This document shows positions 34,523 to 45,125 of a DNA stretch of 64,000 bases, piece by piece. Under the pieces are notes generated by a model. It made no database searches, was not told the origin of the DNA, and saw nothing but the letters and a program-made list of their open reading frames with translations. Positions within the stretch are counted from its first letter, which is position 1, and the number at the start of each line of letters is the position of its first letter. The stretch is from Escherichia phage N4. Location of the stretch: the sequence record NC_008720.1; one strand, written 5' to 3'. The position numbers and the translations under genes were made by a program.

Positions 34523-37500
34523 TTAGTGAGTAAGGTTGAACCAAGGATTGAGGGTAGGTGCTCTTAATCCTTGTCCGAAGCCTAATGAGTAATCCAGTCT
34601 TCCTTCAGCCAGCATGGTTAGCATGTTGTCCTGAATTGGTAGACCTACGTTACCAAACATGGTAGGAGCAGGTACTACTGTAGCAATCAGAGAATGTACT
34701 GGGTTGTTTCTAATCATGCTCATAGCAACTTTAATGGAACGAATTTTAAAGTTGTAGAACCACATCAGACCCATACTTTCCATATAGCCACGGAAACGAC
34801 CAGGCAATCTGTCATAGTTAATAAACTCTTCAGTTACCTGACCTAATGCTTCAGAAGAAGATTTTTTCTTACGTTTCACTAAATCATCATAGATGATGGC
34901 TTTAGCAATAAAGTCTGAATACTCTACTGTTTTCTGGATACCCTGGAACAGAGCAGTGTCCTTAGCAATAAGAGCGTAACGGCCAGCATTACGTACTTTT
35001 TCTGGAAGTTTATTAGCAAGTTTTTCCATGTACTCATGAATCTTACCTTCAGCTACTAACAGGTCATCACGACTAATACCAGCATCAGCAATAGAAGAGA
35101 ACTCACCTGCTTCAATCAAAGGCCAGATACTCATACGACGATGACTATCAGTAATAGATTGAATCTCAGTTTTAAGTTTACGAACCAGATTAGGGTTACC
35201 TTCAGCAGCACGTAGCTCTGCTTCCGCATCAATCTGACGTAAACGAGATTTAATATACTGATTAATCTCTGACGTCTTACGAGGAATGTTCACAGCAATA
35301 TCTTTAACAGGAACACCACGTCCAATCATCTGGTAGATGTTAGCAAGGAAGTTAACTGCCGGTACTACAACAGATTTAACAACAATTACTGTCTTAGCGT
35401 CCTTCACTAAGTTCTGAATGGTATTTTCAGCATTCATTACTACATGATATGCCTTATTACCGAATGCACCGAGGAACATCTTCTTAACAGTATCAAGGGT
35501 GCTAGGTGACCAACGAGAGTTACCGGTCCACACATCACCAATAGATGCAGCACGATAGCCAAGTGCATCATTCAGCATATCCCTACGAACCCATAACTCA
35601 TCTTTACCGAAGAGTTCTTCGGCCTTATGACGAGTCTCAATGTTCATCAGGTTAATCGCATCAGCCAGTACTGGGTCATCAATTTTACCTAACAGGTTTA
35701 CATATTGAGATTTATTAGCACTGGAGTCTTTAATGTCTTTCTCATACATAGCATGTAATTGCTCAATGAGAATGTCATTAAAACGTTGTGCTTTAGCCTC
35801 TTCCACCTGACGACCACGCCATACACCAACCATCTTAGCAAAGTGATTGTCTTGGTTTAGGTGCTTCAACATATTAGGGTCAACGGATTGTTCATAAGCA
35901 ACTACCTGACCTTTGCTGTTATAAATTGGCATCAGTGGTTCACGCCCACGCTCACCTTTAGCCAGAGCTTTGGTAATACGCTCTACGGTTGGTTTGTCAG
36001 TAATACGCCCAGCAACCATAGTGCCTAACGTAAAGCCAGTACCAATATCCACACCACCAGCAGTATTACGAACGTTCTGAAGAATACCCTGAGAGTAAGG
36101 GGCACGGGCAGCTACTGGGCTGAAGTAATAACCTTTAGAACCAGTACGGAAACCAGTGCTCCCCTGATAAGTACCAATACGAGTAAAGGATTGGCTATTT
36201 AACTTAGCAAACTCTTTATCGTCAGCAATAATCAAATTCACACCTTGCTGGTTCTCTACAGGGATATAGCCTTTAAAGTGATTCAGCAGAGTACGGTTAT
36301 CACCTTTAGCTTTACGCATCTCTTCAGTACGTTGACCAACCATATAAGCAATGGAGAACTCCATACCTTCCACTTCTGATTGAGCCAATTCTGACAAAAG
36401 GTCACGGTCAGACTTATTCATCAATTCCAGAGAGTACAAAGTAATGAGCTTATCAATAGCAGCTACATCTGCCACAGGACCATTAGTAATACGTTCACCT
36501 AACAAACGACTAATAGCATGGGCATTACGAAGGAGGTTATTACCTACTTCCCCCATAATCATGTATTGAGCCAGTTGCTTAGATTTCTTCTGAACCAGAT
36601 TCCAGTTTCTACCTGCTTGGTTCTGAATCTCTTTTTCCAGAGTAGAGATTTCATCTTTCACTTTCTTGGATGAAGAGAGTAAATCTCTAATTTCAGCCAT
36701 GCTCATAGTTTCACGTAGAACAGCTAAATCTGTTTTACCTAAACCAGTATGCATTGCAGACCATTCGGTATCAGTCAATTTACGAGAGAACTTACCAGCA
36801 ATGACTGTAGGTAAATGCTCACGGAATTGCTGACGGTCTTGAGAAATCTGGCTCTTAACCAATTTGATTAAGTCATAGACATTGGCATTAGTCTTAGTAC
36901 GGCCAACAATGTCATTAACTAAGTCATGGAAAGGTTGCCATACTTTACCCTGGTTCATAGCAGTCATAACACCCTGAGCCACTATTTCACCCTGTTTTTC
37001 AGATGCAATAGCAGCAGTCAGTTTAGCCAGATGAGCAACACCTTTAGCAGCTATATTAGAAGGGTTAGCAATTACCTTATCTGCCTTCTCAATAACAGTT
37101 TCAGATAACCGTTCAATGCTATCCGTTACGTACTGATTAGCACGGTCAATGAAGTTACCGGTAGGGGTTGCTACAGCATCATAGAAGGACTCTCGTTTCA
37201 AAGCAGCAGCCATGATTGTTTCTGACAAAGCATCAATACTGTCCTGAACATTAGTAGCTTTCTGGTCACCAGCCATACGACGGTTCAGAGATTCCATTAC
37301 CTGAGTACCTGCATTGGTAAGCAGAGTATCTATATCATTCCCTAATTTCTTATCTGCTTTAGGTACAGGCATTTCTTTAATGATTGAACGTAGTTCTTCA
37401 TTAACCATAGCCAGACCCAGGAATGTAGGTAACAGACTGGTTCTACCTTTGGCATCTACTTCAACCAGATTAGCACCAGAGATGGTGTCATATTTCTGTT

Positions 37501-40500
37501 GAGCATAGTAACGGTCAGCAGGGTTAGTACTATCAGGGTCAGCCATGAAATGCTCTACCGTAAGGTGTTTCATTACATGGGTATAAAGTTCCTGAGCACG
37601 AGCCATAGCATGTGGGTCAATCGCAGCTTCAGTTGCTAATGCAGCAGTAACCATCTGGAATACAGACTGTTCCTGAGCAGTCATATTGAAGCCATGAGAC
37701 TGAACATCACGAACCAGTCGAGTAGCACTCATTAATGCATTAGCCACATTGCCACGACGTTCTACTTCTGTAACTGGGTCAGTACGAAGGTAATCAGTTA
37801 CCAGTTTATCGAAAGTCTGGTTCAACTGAGACAGACGTTCATTATTACCATATGCTTTGCTATGGAACAGTGTGCCATCTTTAGCTACTGCCTGAGTTGT
37901 AGGTTGGCTACGCATCAGAATTGCAGAGTTAAACAGCAGATTGGAGAACATATCTTCTCCCAATGCAGGAGCTTGTTTACGTCCCCAAATCAATTTCTTA
38001 ATAGCCTGATAAACATCTTTCACCATTTGAACCAGTGAAGATGTTCTCTTCTGTTTAGCAGCAAGAGCACGGTTAGCTAACCCCCAAGCCATAAACTCAT
38101 TAAGAGCAGCAGCTTTAGAGATAGCTGGGTCAACAAATCCATTACTCAAATGACCTTCGATAGTTGCAATAGCATCAGCATATGCTTCTCTCATTTCTGG
38201 AGAATCTTTGGAAATATCCAGAGAACGGAACTGTTCCATCAGACCTTCAAGGTTCTCAATAGCCTGCTTAGAAGTAGGGCTTACTTCATTACCCTGATAG
38301 AAGGAATAAACTTCCTCGAAGGTAGAGGCATGAACCAGTTCATGAATGAGGGTTTCCATAGATGGGCTAACCAGATAAATGGTCTTATCATCGAAGTTAG
38401 TCCAGCCATAAATATTACCTGCCTGAGCTTCTTCCATTTCCTGAGAAGTCAATTCAGTAACATTCTTCTGACGAGCATACTCTGCAACCTGAGTAGGTGT
38501 ACCGTAGATAATCTTATAGTCTTTAGCTGCCAGTGATTTCTGAATCTCCGCAAGAGTAGCTGCCTGAGTAGATGGCAGATTACTAATCTTAGCCAGATTA
38601 CGAATAGCAGTAGCAGACAGGATACGAACACCAGATGCCTTATGCTCACGGCCTACCATACCAAAGTCTGGATTCACTGGTTCTTTTTCAGAAACAGTTT
38701 CTTCTTTGACTTCAGCCCTAGCCTTAGCGACTTTTTGTTTACGGGCTTCTAACTCTTCACGGAAAAGTTTATTCAGTTCATCAGCCTGTTGTTCAGGGGT
38801 CATATTGCTGAGGTCAATCTTACCGTTGTTCTGATAAGGAGCACCTACAGCAGCCATCTGGTCAATGGACAGATTTACCTTATCCAGCACCTTATGACGA
38901 ATATCTACACCCAGTGCAATATTACGTAAGTTACGTTCAATCAGAGATGCAGCGTTAGCAATATCATCTACAGTAGCATTCTCACGTTGGTCATATTCCA
39001 GAGCAGATTTACCAATTGCTTCCAATGCTTCAGGGGACAGCTTGCTGAAATCTACATTCTTCATGAACTTAGCATATGATTCATAAACATTCTTAATAGG
39101 GTTACCCTGCCAAGAAGTGTAAACAGCTTCATTAGCTTTACGACTGGCATCAGTGATGTCATTCAAACCAATGTTCATACCATCAAAGATTTTGAGGGTA
39201 TTCTTTGGTGCACCTTTCATAGTGGAAAGAGTTTGCATCATCATGCCATCACCAGTACCAATAGTCATAAATGGAATACCTGCTACACCGGCCTGTGCTG
39301 GAGCATAGATACTCATTGGTACACGCATACGGTCATCAAGGTTAGTAGCTAATACCTGATTTGCTACTTCTGCATTTTCTGAACCAGCAATGTAGAAAGT
39401 CTGAGAACCAGTCTCAATCATAGGGGCTAAGTTATTCAGAGAAGCCTGAATATCATTCAGTTCTTTCTGAGTAAGGAAATCACCTTTCTTCCATGTTGGG
39501 TCTTTAGCCTTCTCTGCCAGCTTCTCTTGTACTCGCTGTTTGAACATATCTTCCAGCACTACAGATTGAATCTGAGTAGCTTTCTGTAATTGTTCAGTAG
39601 AGTACACCAGACTTTCACCTACAGTCTGAGTAATACCATTACGTAGTGGTTCTACAAAGAAGTGCAGCATATTTTCCTGAAGTGCCTTCAGTTGCTCGCC
39701 CTTAATGGTATAGGTCTTAGGATTGATTTTTCCTTTGGCTCCTGTACCTGTGGATTGTAGTTCCAGTACACCTTTACGTTTAACAGGAACAGTAGAAGTC
39801 AGTGTTTCCATATCTTTCAGGAAACGGGCAAGAAGTTCTTCAGCATGTGCTTCTGAAGCAGCTTGCTTACCAAACATTGCCATAGCAGCAGAGATATTTG
39901 GGTCTTTAGCACGAGCTTTCAGTACATCAGACATACGCTCATAGATGGCATCAGTAACAGAACTAACCAGCTTACCTGCAATACCACGAGCACCAGAACC
40001 ATAGATGGTAATAGTCAGTGGGTTCTTAGCAATACCACGTTTAAGTTCTAAAGCACCATTCTCACCAAGATTAATATCCGGTAAAAACAAATCCATCAGA
40101 GAAAGAAGACTGTCTATCTGAGACTGAATAGGCATATTAGAGGCATAGTTACTACGTAACTTACCCAACGATTCCATCAAAGCATTAGTGGATGCTTGAT
40201 ATAAATCATTATTGTCAGCAGTAGAGCGATGCTCATTCATGGTCTTATTTGGAGAACCAATGAACAAGCCCCCTTTGGCAATATTACGAATCCAGTCAGG
40301 AGTAAACAGACCGCCTGTCATTAGCATCATGGCATTGATTGGACCATTAGTAACACCATCTGCTTCTACATACAGTGGAGTTACAAATGCAGATTTATCC
40401 TCTGCTACTAAGTAACGGGAATACTCCATAAGAGCCATCAATGCTACGAATGACTTCCTATCTCCTAATGCTGTATTCAGAACATCAACTGCGTTTTCTG

Positions 40501-43500
40501 GTAAGGAACCAGTGGTATTAAACTCAACCATCATATCAATGGCTGGTTTCAGATTACCTTCCAGTAATTTAGTCAACTCGTCAGACATAACCTCACGAGT
40601 CATAGTATGGACTTTAATGTCCAATGCCTGAGCCAGACCTAACTGGAATGCAGAGAAGTCTTCATTGTTCTGGTTCGATAAATCCAAAGTAGCTTTAGTA
40701 GGTAAGATGGCCTCACGAACCAGTTTGGCTGATTGAGGATTGTATTTACCTAACATCTGCATACGACCAACACGGGTCATATTGTATGCATAGTGAATAG
40801 GTACAGTAGAGATGTCTTCGCTCTGTGCTCTTACCTGCTCAATGACGGAGAACAGTTGGTTGTAAGAGTCCTCTACTGAACGGTTCTTACCTTCCAGAGA
40901 TTTAGCATGGTTATCATTAAGTAACTCTTTATTCAGAGTACCAGCACCCATCAGTTCGAGAATACGGTCTTTACCTAACGTCTCATAGAATTGAACCATT
41001 GGGGTGTGTACATAGAACTCTGTAGCCTGCTCTGCTTTCAATGCAGCCTTCTGTTCTGGAGTATTACGAACAGCAGGGTTACGAAGCTGAGTATTAGCTA
41101 CAGGAGGAATGTCATCACCAAAGAACATCTTCTCTGTAGGATTCACTAAAACAGCTTCTTCAATAGCAGTAGGGAAGCTATTAATTGGGTCGAAGGAATC
41201 CAGTTCAGTAATGGTGTACAGACCAATAGTCTTCTTGTTATCTGGGTCAATTTCTGACATATCCACGATGTTCTCTACAACATCAGTAGACTCTACAAAT
41301 GCAGCCAGAATTTCAGCAGCCATTGCTGTAGGGATGCCTTTGGTATAGCCCAATGGAGCATTTGGATTACGAGATAATCCCCAGTAAGACTCAATTTTCT
41401 GAGCCAGGGAACTAACTGCTTCAGTGAGTGTCATACCAGTATCAAATTGCTCTACTAAACCTTCTGGCAGCAGAGCTTGGTCAATACCAGTAATAGCAGC
41501 AACATCTTTTGCATCTTTGATAGCAGTATTGCTGGTAGCAGTAAGTCTCCATTGAAGACCTGCTAATACAGCAGTCTGTAGCAATTGTTCGTTGTACTTA
41601 AAGGTATCCCCATCCTGCTCAACAATGTTAAGTAACTTACCACCTACCCAACGGTTGGCTTCTGTACCTTGAGCAAAACGTTTACCAACATCCTTAGTGT
41701 TAAGGAACTTAGCCAGACGGGAGCGAAGAATATCAGCAATACCTTCCCCATGTTCCATGAGTTCTTTGTATCGCTTAATAACTTCCCCATTAAAAGCAGG
41801 GTTAGCAGTTTCTTTCTCAGTAAAGAGTTCATAACGAGCACGAGAAGACAGAGCTTGGGCTACATCTTTTAGAGGTGCTTCTGAACCAACAGTACGGGAT
41901 TTCTGTTCTTCTGGTAAGGTAAAGGACAATTTGAAATAGTTCTTAATACCCTCTGCTTTAGAATCAGCAGTACCTACCAATGAAGGGTAAACAGCATCAA
42001 TACCTTCTTTTAATTCTTCTGTAACTGTACTTTCTTTTGTAGAAGTTTCAGTTTCTTTAACAGATTCAGTAGGTTGCTTGATGTTGTCCTCATTAGTAAG
42101 GTTAACATCCTGTTTTTCAGACTGGTTCACAGGTTCTTTTATAGCCTGTGGGCTAGACTCTTTAGTAGTAGGTTCTGTTTTAACAGATTCACTAACAGGA
42201 GTCTTAGTCTGTACAGTAGATGTAACTGGTTCCTGTTTTGTAACAGGAGTTTCTTTAACCTGATTCACGGAGTCAGCTTTCGGTTGAGAAGAAGCAACGT
42301 CTCGATTGCCTTGACGGAATGCCTTGACCACCTCAGCAGCAGGAGCGTTAAGACGTGAATCCAATGGAGTAACTTTTATATGACTGACCTTCAGTTCCGG
42401 GTAAGCCGAAGCGAGGGCATTAGCAATATCCGCTACCGTTTTCGCTTCAAGAGCAACTTGCTGGGCAAATTTAACCGACTTAGTGTCATAGGGATTGACC
42501 CCCAATCCGGTACGGCTACGAACCCATTCTCTGTCAGCAGTAAGAGCTTGGTAGTGGACAGACTTATTCTTATCCGCATTCCCCGTAACAAGATGCTCAT
42601 TCAACGCTCCAACCTTATTCTGCATGTGCTGGGCGAACTGCATAAAGTCGTTCAGGTAAGCGGAGGCCAACTCGAAATTACCAGAGTTATACGCAGACCG
42701 AATCCTATTCGCATGTTGCAACGCAGAGTATTGTCCTTCCTGAGTTCTGCTCTCATCCGTTTTAATCTGTTTACTCACAATGTCTTGAGGACGTAATCCA
42801 AGACGGGCAGCTTCTGCATCATATTCCCGTGCCCCCTTCAGGATTGCAGCAGCATTCTGGAGGGCAGCAATCTGGCGATTATTCAGTTTAATACGACCAT
42901 CAGCAGCATGTTTAAGAACAACATTTACAGACTCTGGATTGAGCTTTTCAGGGGCTACTTCAGCAGCTAATGCTACGTTCTGCATTTCCTGTGGACTGGA
43001 TTCTTCAGTCACATTCAAAGAACCATTCTGAGCAGATTCATTAATCATTCGATTAATAACATTCAGTGCACCAATTACTTTTGGTGTGTTCTGAATATTA
43101 GCTGTCAGATTCGTATAACGGTTGAGTAACTCAATAGCCGGAGAATCTTTAGGAATGCTATCCAGTGCAGCAGGGTCACGGTTAATGAACTGCTCAAACT
43201 CTGAAACAGCATCATACATATAAGATGCAGCTTCCATCAGTGCTTGAGGATTAGATTCATCTAATGTGTTAACTAAGTCTGCTAACTTCTGAATAACCTG
43301 TACTTGGTCAGTAGAACCAGCTACAGCATTACGAATATGCTCTGGTGCTTCCTGATAATTTTCAGGATTAAAACGAGTAGCATTCATTAAGTCAGAAACA
43401 TACTGGTGTGCTGCAACTTTCTGTTCTGGAGTAGCATCAGTTGCTTCAACAGCATCACGAATAGTAACTTCTGCTTCTGGTGCTTGAGCCATAGCTTCTT

Positions 43501-45043
43501 GTGCTGCCTGTGCAACATAGTCATCAGCAACAGGAGATGCTTCTTCATTCTGCTTCATAACCCGTTCACCACGAGCTACTAAAGTATTCTTAATAGGAGA
43601 AACAACCTTACCTGCTACACTACCAGCAGCTTTAACACCAGCCATTGTGGTACGCAATACAGGAGCAGTTGCAGCACCTGCTAAACGAGCAGCACCAGCC
43701 GGAGCCTGTACAACACCAGCAGAACCAAAGCCATAAAGAGCACCTAAACCAGCCTGTGTACCGACACCTTTAAGCAGGTCTTGGTTCTTATCAATGTTTT
43801 GTTGCTGTGCAATATTCTGAGCCAGTTGGCCTGTAGCACCCTGAACACCTTCTTCCACTGTTTCACGGGCAAGGTTCATACCTACAGCACCTAAAGAGCC
43901 AGCACGGAAAGGAGCCATCTCAAAACGGGATACCAGAGGACCGGTTGCAGCAGCAATAGGTAATTGAATAGCAGCAGCAGTAAGACCAGTTTCAGATGCA
44001 GTCTGACGACGAGCCTGTTCAGGGGACATACCATCTTTAATATGTTGCTGATAAACAGGAGACTTCTCTAAGTCTTTAAGACTCATCTTCATAATTTCAT
44101 CAGCAGTTTGTTGGTATGCACCACCAGCTTCCATTGCACCAACACCAACCATACCCGGTGCAGCTCTACCTACAGTAGAGGCAATACGAGCCAGTGACTG
44201 AGTACCAGTACCTGCATCAATAGCACCAGCCAATGCAGCACTACGAAGAGTATTTGCTGGAACAACTGCTTTACCCAGTAAAGATGCACCCCTTAATACA
44301 GGACCAGCACCTAATAGAGAACCTACCCCTTCTGCTAACCCATCAGAAATAATAGAGTCAGTTTGAGCAGCATTCTCAATTGAACCTACAAAATCACGTC
44401 CAAATTTAGATAAGGAAGCTACTATGTCATTAGTGCCTTCTTTCTTATCTGTTTGATACTGACGTTCACTCTCTACTTCATTCATTAAGTTACGAGCAGC
44501 AAAGAGCTTACGTTTATCTTGTAATGCCTGGCTTTGGGTAGCATGAACAGCATCATTAAACTTACTCAATTGTTGAGCAACAACAGCACCTGCATCATCG
44601 TTGAGTAAGCCTGCCCCAAGAGCACCAATGCCCCCAAGGGTATTAACAAAACCAAGGCCAACACCAGTAGCAATATCCCCCAGTTCTTCCCCAGGAGTTC
44701 TTGTAGTAACTGAATCATTGAATACCTGGTTCCCTGCATCAGCACGAGCATTGATAAGTTGTAAGCCTTGCTCAACCCCATACTTATTCATGATTTGCAT
44801 TGGGGTCAGATTCATGAAATCTGATTGCACTGTCCCTGGTTCAAATGCATTAGCCCCAACATTACCAGTACGGGCAGCTTGCATTTGATAAGCAGCATCA
44901 GGAGAAACAAGAGGAGTAGTGACACCTTGTTCAGCTTTCTTCTGGGCGGTTGCAGTAGAGACGTCAACTTGCTTTGCATTGGTTACGCTGTCTGCGAACC
45001 CAGCCAGTCTATCAAATACTGACATAGTAGGTTTCCTATACAA
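34523..45043 (-). CDS. Virion-encapsidated RNA polymerase (vRNAP; N4 gp50-like, 3506 aa)
   Basis: Giant ORF of N4 vRNAP size; central region has T7-like motif A (VEADGVTNGPINAMMLMTGG) and motif B-like K...YGSG; position at the distal end of the late strand. Confidence 0.88.
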   Translation of the reverse strand: MYRKPTMSVFDRLAGFADSVTNAKQVDVSTATAQKKAEQGVTTPLVSPDAAYQMQAARTGNVGANAFEPGTVQSDFMNLTPMQIMNKYGVEQGLQLINARADAGNQVFNDSVTTRTPGEELGDIATGVGLGFVNTLGGIGALGAGLLNDDAGAVVAQQLSKFNDAVHATQSQALQDKRKLFAARNLMNEVESERQYQTDKKEGTNDIVASLSKFGRDFVGSIENAAQTDSIISDGLAEGVGSLLGAGPVLRGASLLGKAVVPANTLRSAALAGAIDAGTGTQSLARIASTVGRAAPGMVGVGAMEAGGAYQQTADEIMKMSLKDLEKSPVYQQHIKDGMSPEQARRQTASETGLTAAAIQLPIAAATGPLVSRFEMAPFRAGSLGAVGMNLARETVEEGVQGATGQLAQNIAQQQNIDKNQDLLKGVGTQAGLGALYGFGSAGVVQAPAGAARLAGAATAPVLRTTMAGVKAAGSVAGKVVSPIKNTLVARGERVMKQNEEASPVADDYVAQAAQEAMAQAPEAEVTIRDAVEATDATPEQKVAAHQYVSDLMNATRFNPENYQEAPEHIRNAVAGSTDQVQVIQKLADLVNTLDESNPQALMEAASYMYDAVSEFEQFINRDPAALDSIPKDSPAIELLNRYTNLTANIQNTPKVIGALNVINRMINESAQNGSLNVTEESSPQEMQNVALAAEVAPEKLNPESVNVVLKHAADGRIKLNNRQIAALQNAAAILKGAREYDAEAARLGLRPQDIVSKQIKTDESRTQEGQYSALQHANRIRSAYNSGNFELASAYLNDFMQFAQHMQNKVGALNEHLVTGNADKNKSVHYQALTADREWVRSRTGLGVNPYDTKSVKFAQQVALEAKTVADIANALASAYPELKVSHIKVTPLDSRLNAPAAEVVKAFRQGNRDVASSQPKADSVNQVKETPVTKQEPVTSTVQTKTPVSESVKTEPTTKESSPQAIKEPVNQSEKQDVNLTNEDNIKQPTESVKETETSTKESTVTEELKEGIDAVYPSLVGTADSKAEGIKNYFKLSFTLPEEQKSRTVGSEAPLKDVAQALSSRARYELFTEKETANPAFNGEVIKRYKELMEHGEGIADILRSRLAKFLNTKDVGKRFAQGTEANRWVGGKLLNIVEQDGDTFKYNEQLLQTAVLAGLQWRLTATSNTAIKDAKDVAAITGIDQALLPEGLVEQFDTGMTLTEAVSSLAQKIESYWGLSRNPNAPLGYTKGIPTAMAAEILAAFVESTDVVENIVDMSEIDPDNKKTIGLYTITELDSFDPINSFPTAIEEAVLVNPTEKMFFGDDIPPVANTQLRNPAVRNTPEQKAALKAEQATEFYVHTPMVQFYETLGKDRILELMGAGTLNKELLNDNHAKSLEGKNRSVEDSYNQLFSVIEQVRAQSEDISTVPIHYAYNMTRVGRMQMLGKYNPQSAKLVREAILPTKATLDLSNQNNEDFSAFQLGLAQALDIKVHTMTREVMSDELTKLLEGNLKPAIDMMVEFNTTGSLPENAVDVLNTALGDRKSFVALMALMEYSRYLVAEDKSAFVTPLYVEADGVTNGPINAMMLMTGGLFTPDWIRNIAKGGLFIGSPNKTMNEHRSTADNNDLYQASTNALMESLGKLRSNYASNMPIQSQIDSLLSLMDLFLPDINLGENGALELKRGIAKNPLTITIYGSGARGIAGKLVSSVTDAIYERMSDVLKARAKDPNISAAMAMFGKQAASEAHAEELLARFLKDMETLTSTVPVKRKGVLELQSTGTGAKGKINPKTYTIKGEQLKALQENMLHFFVEPLRNGITQTVGESLVYSTEQLQKATQIQSVVLEDMFKQRVQEKLAEKAKDPTWKKGDFLTQKELNDIQASLNNLAPMIETGSQTFYIAGSENAEVANQVLATNLDDRMRVPMSIYAPAQAGVAGIPFMTIGTGDGMMMQTLSTMKGAPKNTLKIFDGMNIGLNDITDASRKANEAVYTSWQGNPIKNVYESYAKFMKNVDFSKLSPEALEAIGKSALEYDQRENATVDDIANAASLIERNLRNIALGVDIRHKVLDKVNLSIDQMAAVGAPYQNNGKIDLSNMTPEQQADELNKLFREELEARKQKVAKARAEVKEETVSEKEPVNPDFGMVGREHKASGVRILSATAIRNLAKISNLPSTQAATLAEIQKSLAAKDYKIIYGTPTQVAEYARQKNVTELTSQEMEEAQAGNIYGWTNFDDKTIYLVSPSMETLIHELVHASTFEEVYSFYQGNEVSPTSKQAIENLEGLMEQFRSLDISKDSPEMREAYADAIATIEGHLSNGFVDPAISKAAALNEFMAWGLANRALAAKQKRTSSLVQMVKDVYQAIKKLIWGRKQAPALGEDMFSNLLFNSAILMRSQPTTQAVAKDGTLFHSKAYGNNERLSQLNQTFDKLVTDYLRTDPVTEVERRGNVANALMSATRLVRDVQSHGFNMTAQEQSVFQMVTAALATEAAIDPHAMARAQELYTHVMKHLTVEHFMADPDSTNPADRYYAQQKYDTISGANLVEVDAKGRTSLLPTFLGLAMVNEELRSIIKEMPVPKADKKLGNDIDTLLTNAGTQVMESLNRRMAGDQKATNVQDSIDALSETIMAAALKRESFYDAVATPTGNFIDRANQYVTDSIERLSETVIEKADKVIANPSNIAAKGVAHLAKLTAAIASEKQGEIVAQGVMTAMNQGKVWQPFHDLVNDIVGRTKTNANVYDLIKLVKSQISQDRQQFREHLPTVIAGKFSRKLTDTEWSAMHTGLGKTDLAVLRETMSMAEIRDLLSSSKKVKDEISTLEKEIQNQAGRNWNLVQKKSKQLAQYMIMGEVGNNLLRNAHAISRLLGERITNGPVADVAAIDKLITLYSLELMNKSDRDLLSELAQSEVEGMEFSIAYMVGQRTEEMRKAKGDNRTLLNHFKGYIPVENQQGVNLIIADDKEFAKLNSQSFTRIGTYQGSTGFRTGSKGYYFSPVAARAPYSQGILQNVRNTAGGVDIGTGFTLGTMVAGRITDKPTVERITKALAKGERGREPLMPIYNSKGQVVAYEQSVDPNMLKHLNQDNHFAKMVGVWRGRQVEEAKAQRFNDILIEQLHAMYEKDIKDSSANKSQYVNLLGKIDDPVLADAINLMNIETRHKAEELFGKDELWVRRDMLNDALGYRAASIGDVWTGNSRWSPSTLDTVKKMFLGAFGNKAYHVVMNAENTIQNLVKDAKTVIVVKSVVVPAVNFLANIYQMIGRGVPVKDIAVNIPRKTSEINQYIKSRLRQIDAEAELRAAEGNPNLVRKLKTEIQSITDSHRRMSIWPLIEAGEFSSIADAGISRDDLLVAEGKIHEYMEKLANKLPEKVRNAGRYALIAKDTALFQGIQKTVEYSDFIAKAIIYDDLVKRKKKSSSEALGQVTEEFINYDRLPGRFRGYMESMGLMWFYNFKIRSIKVAMSMIRNNPVHSLIATVVPAPTMFGNVGLPIQDNMLTMLAEGRLDYSLGFGQGLRAPTLNPWFNLTH

Positions 45044-45090
45044 ACTTATATCTATTAGAAATCACACTATACCTAGTGTAAGGACGAGAA

Positions 45091-45110
45091 AAAAGCCCCG
45101 AAGGGCTTTT
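45091..45110 (-). terminator. Terminator hairpin upstream of the vRNAP gene
   Basis: AAAAGCCC-CGAA-GGGCTTTT; on the minus strand followed by TTTTTT. Confidence 0.6.
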
Positions 45111-45125
45111 GTATTATGGTAGAAA

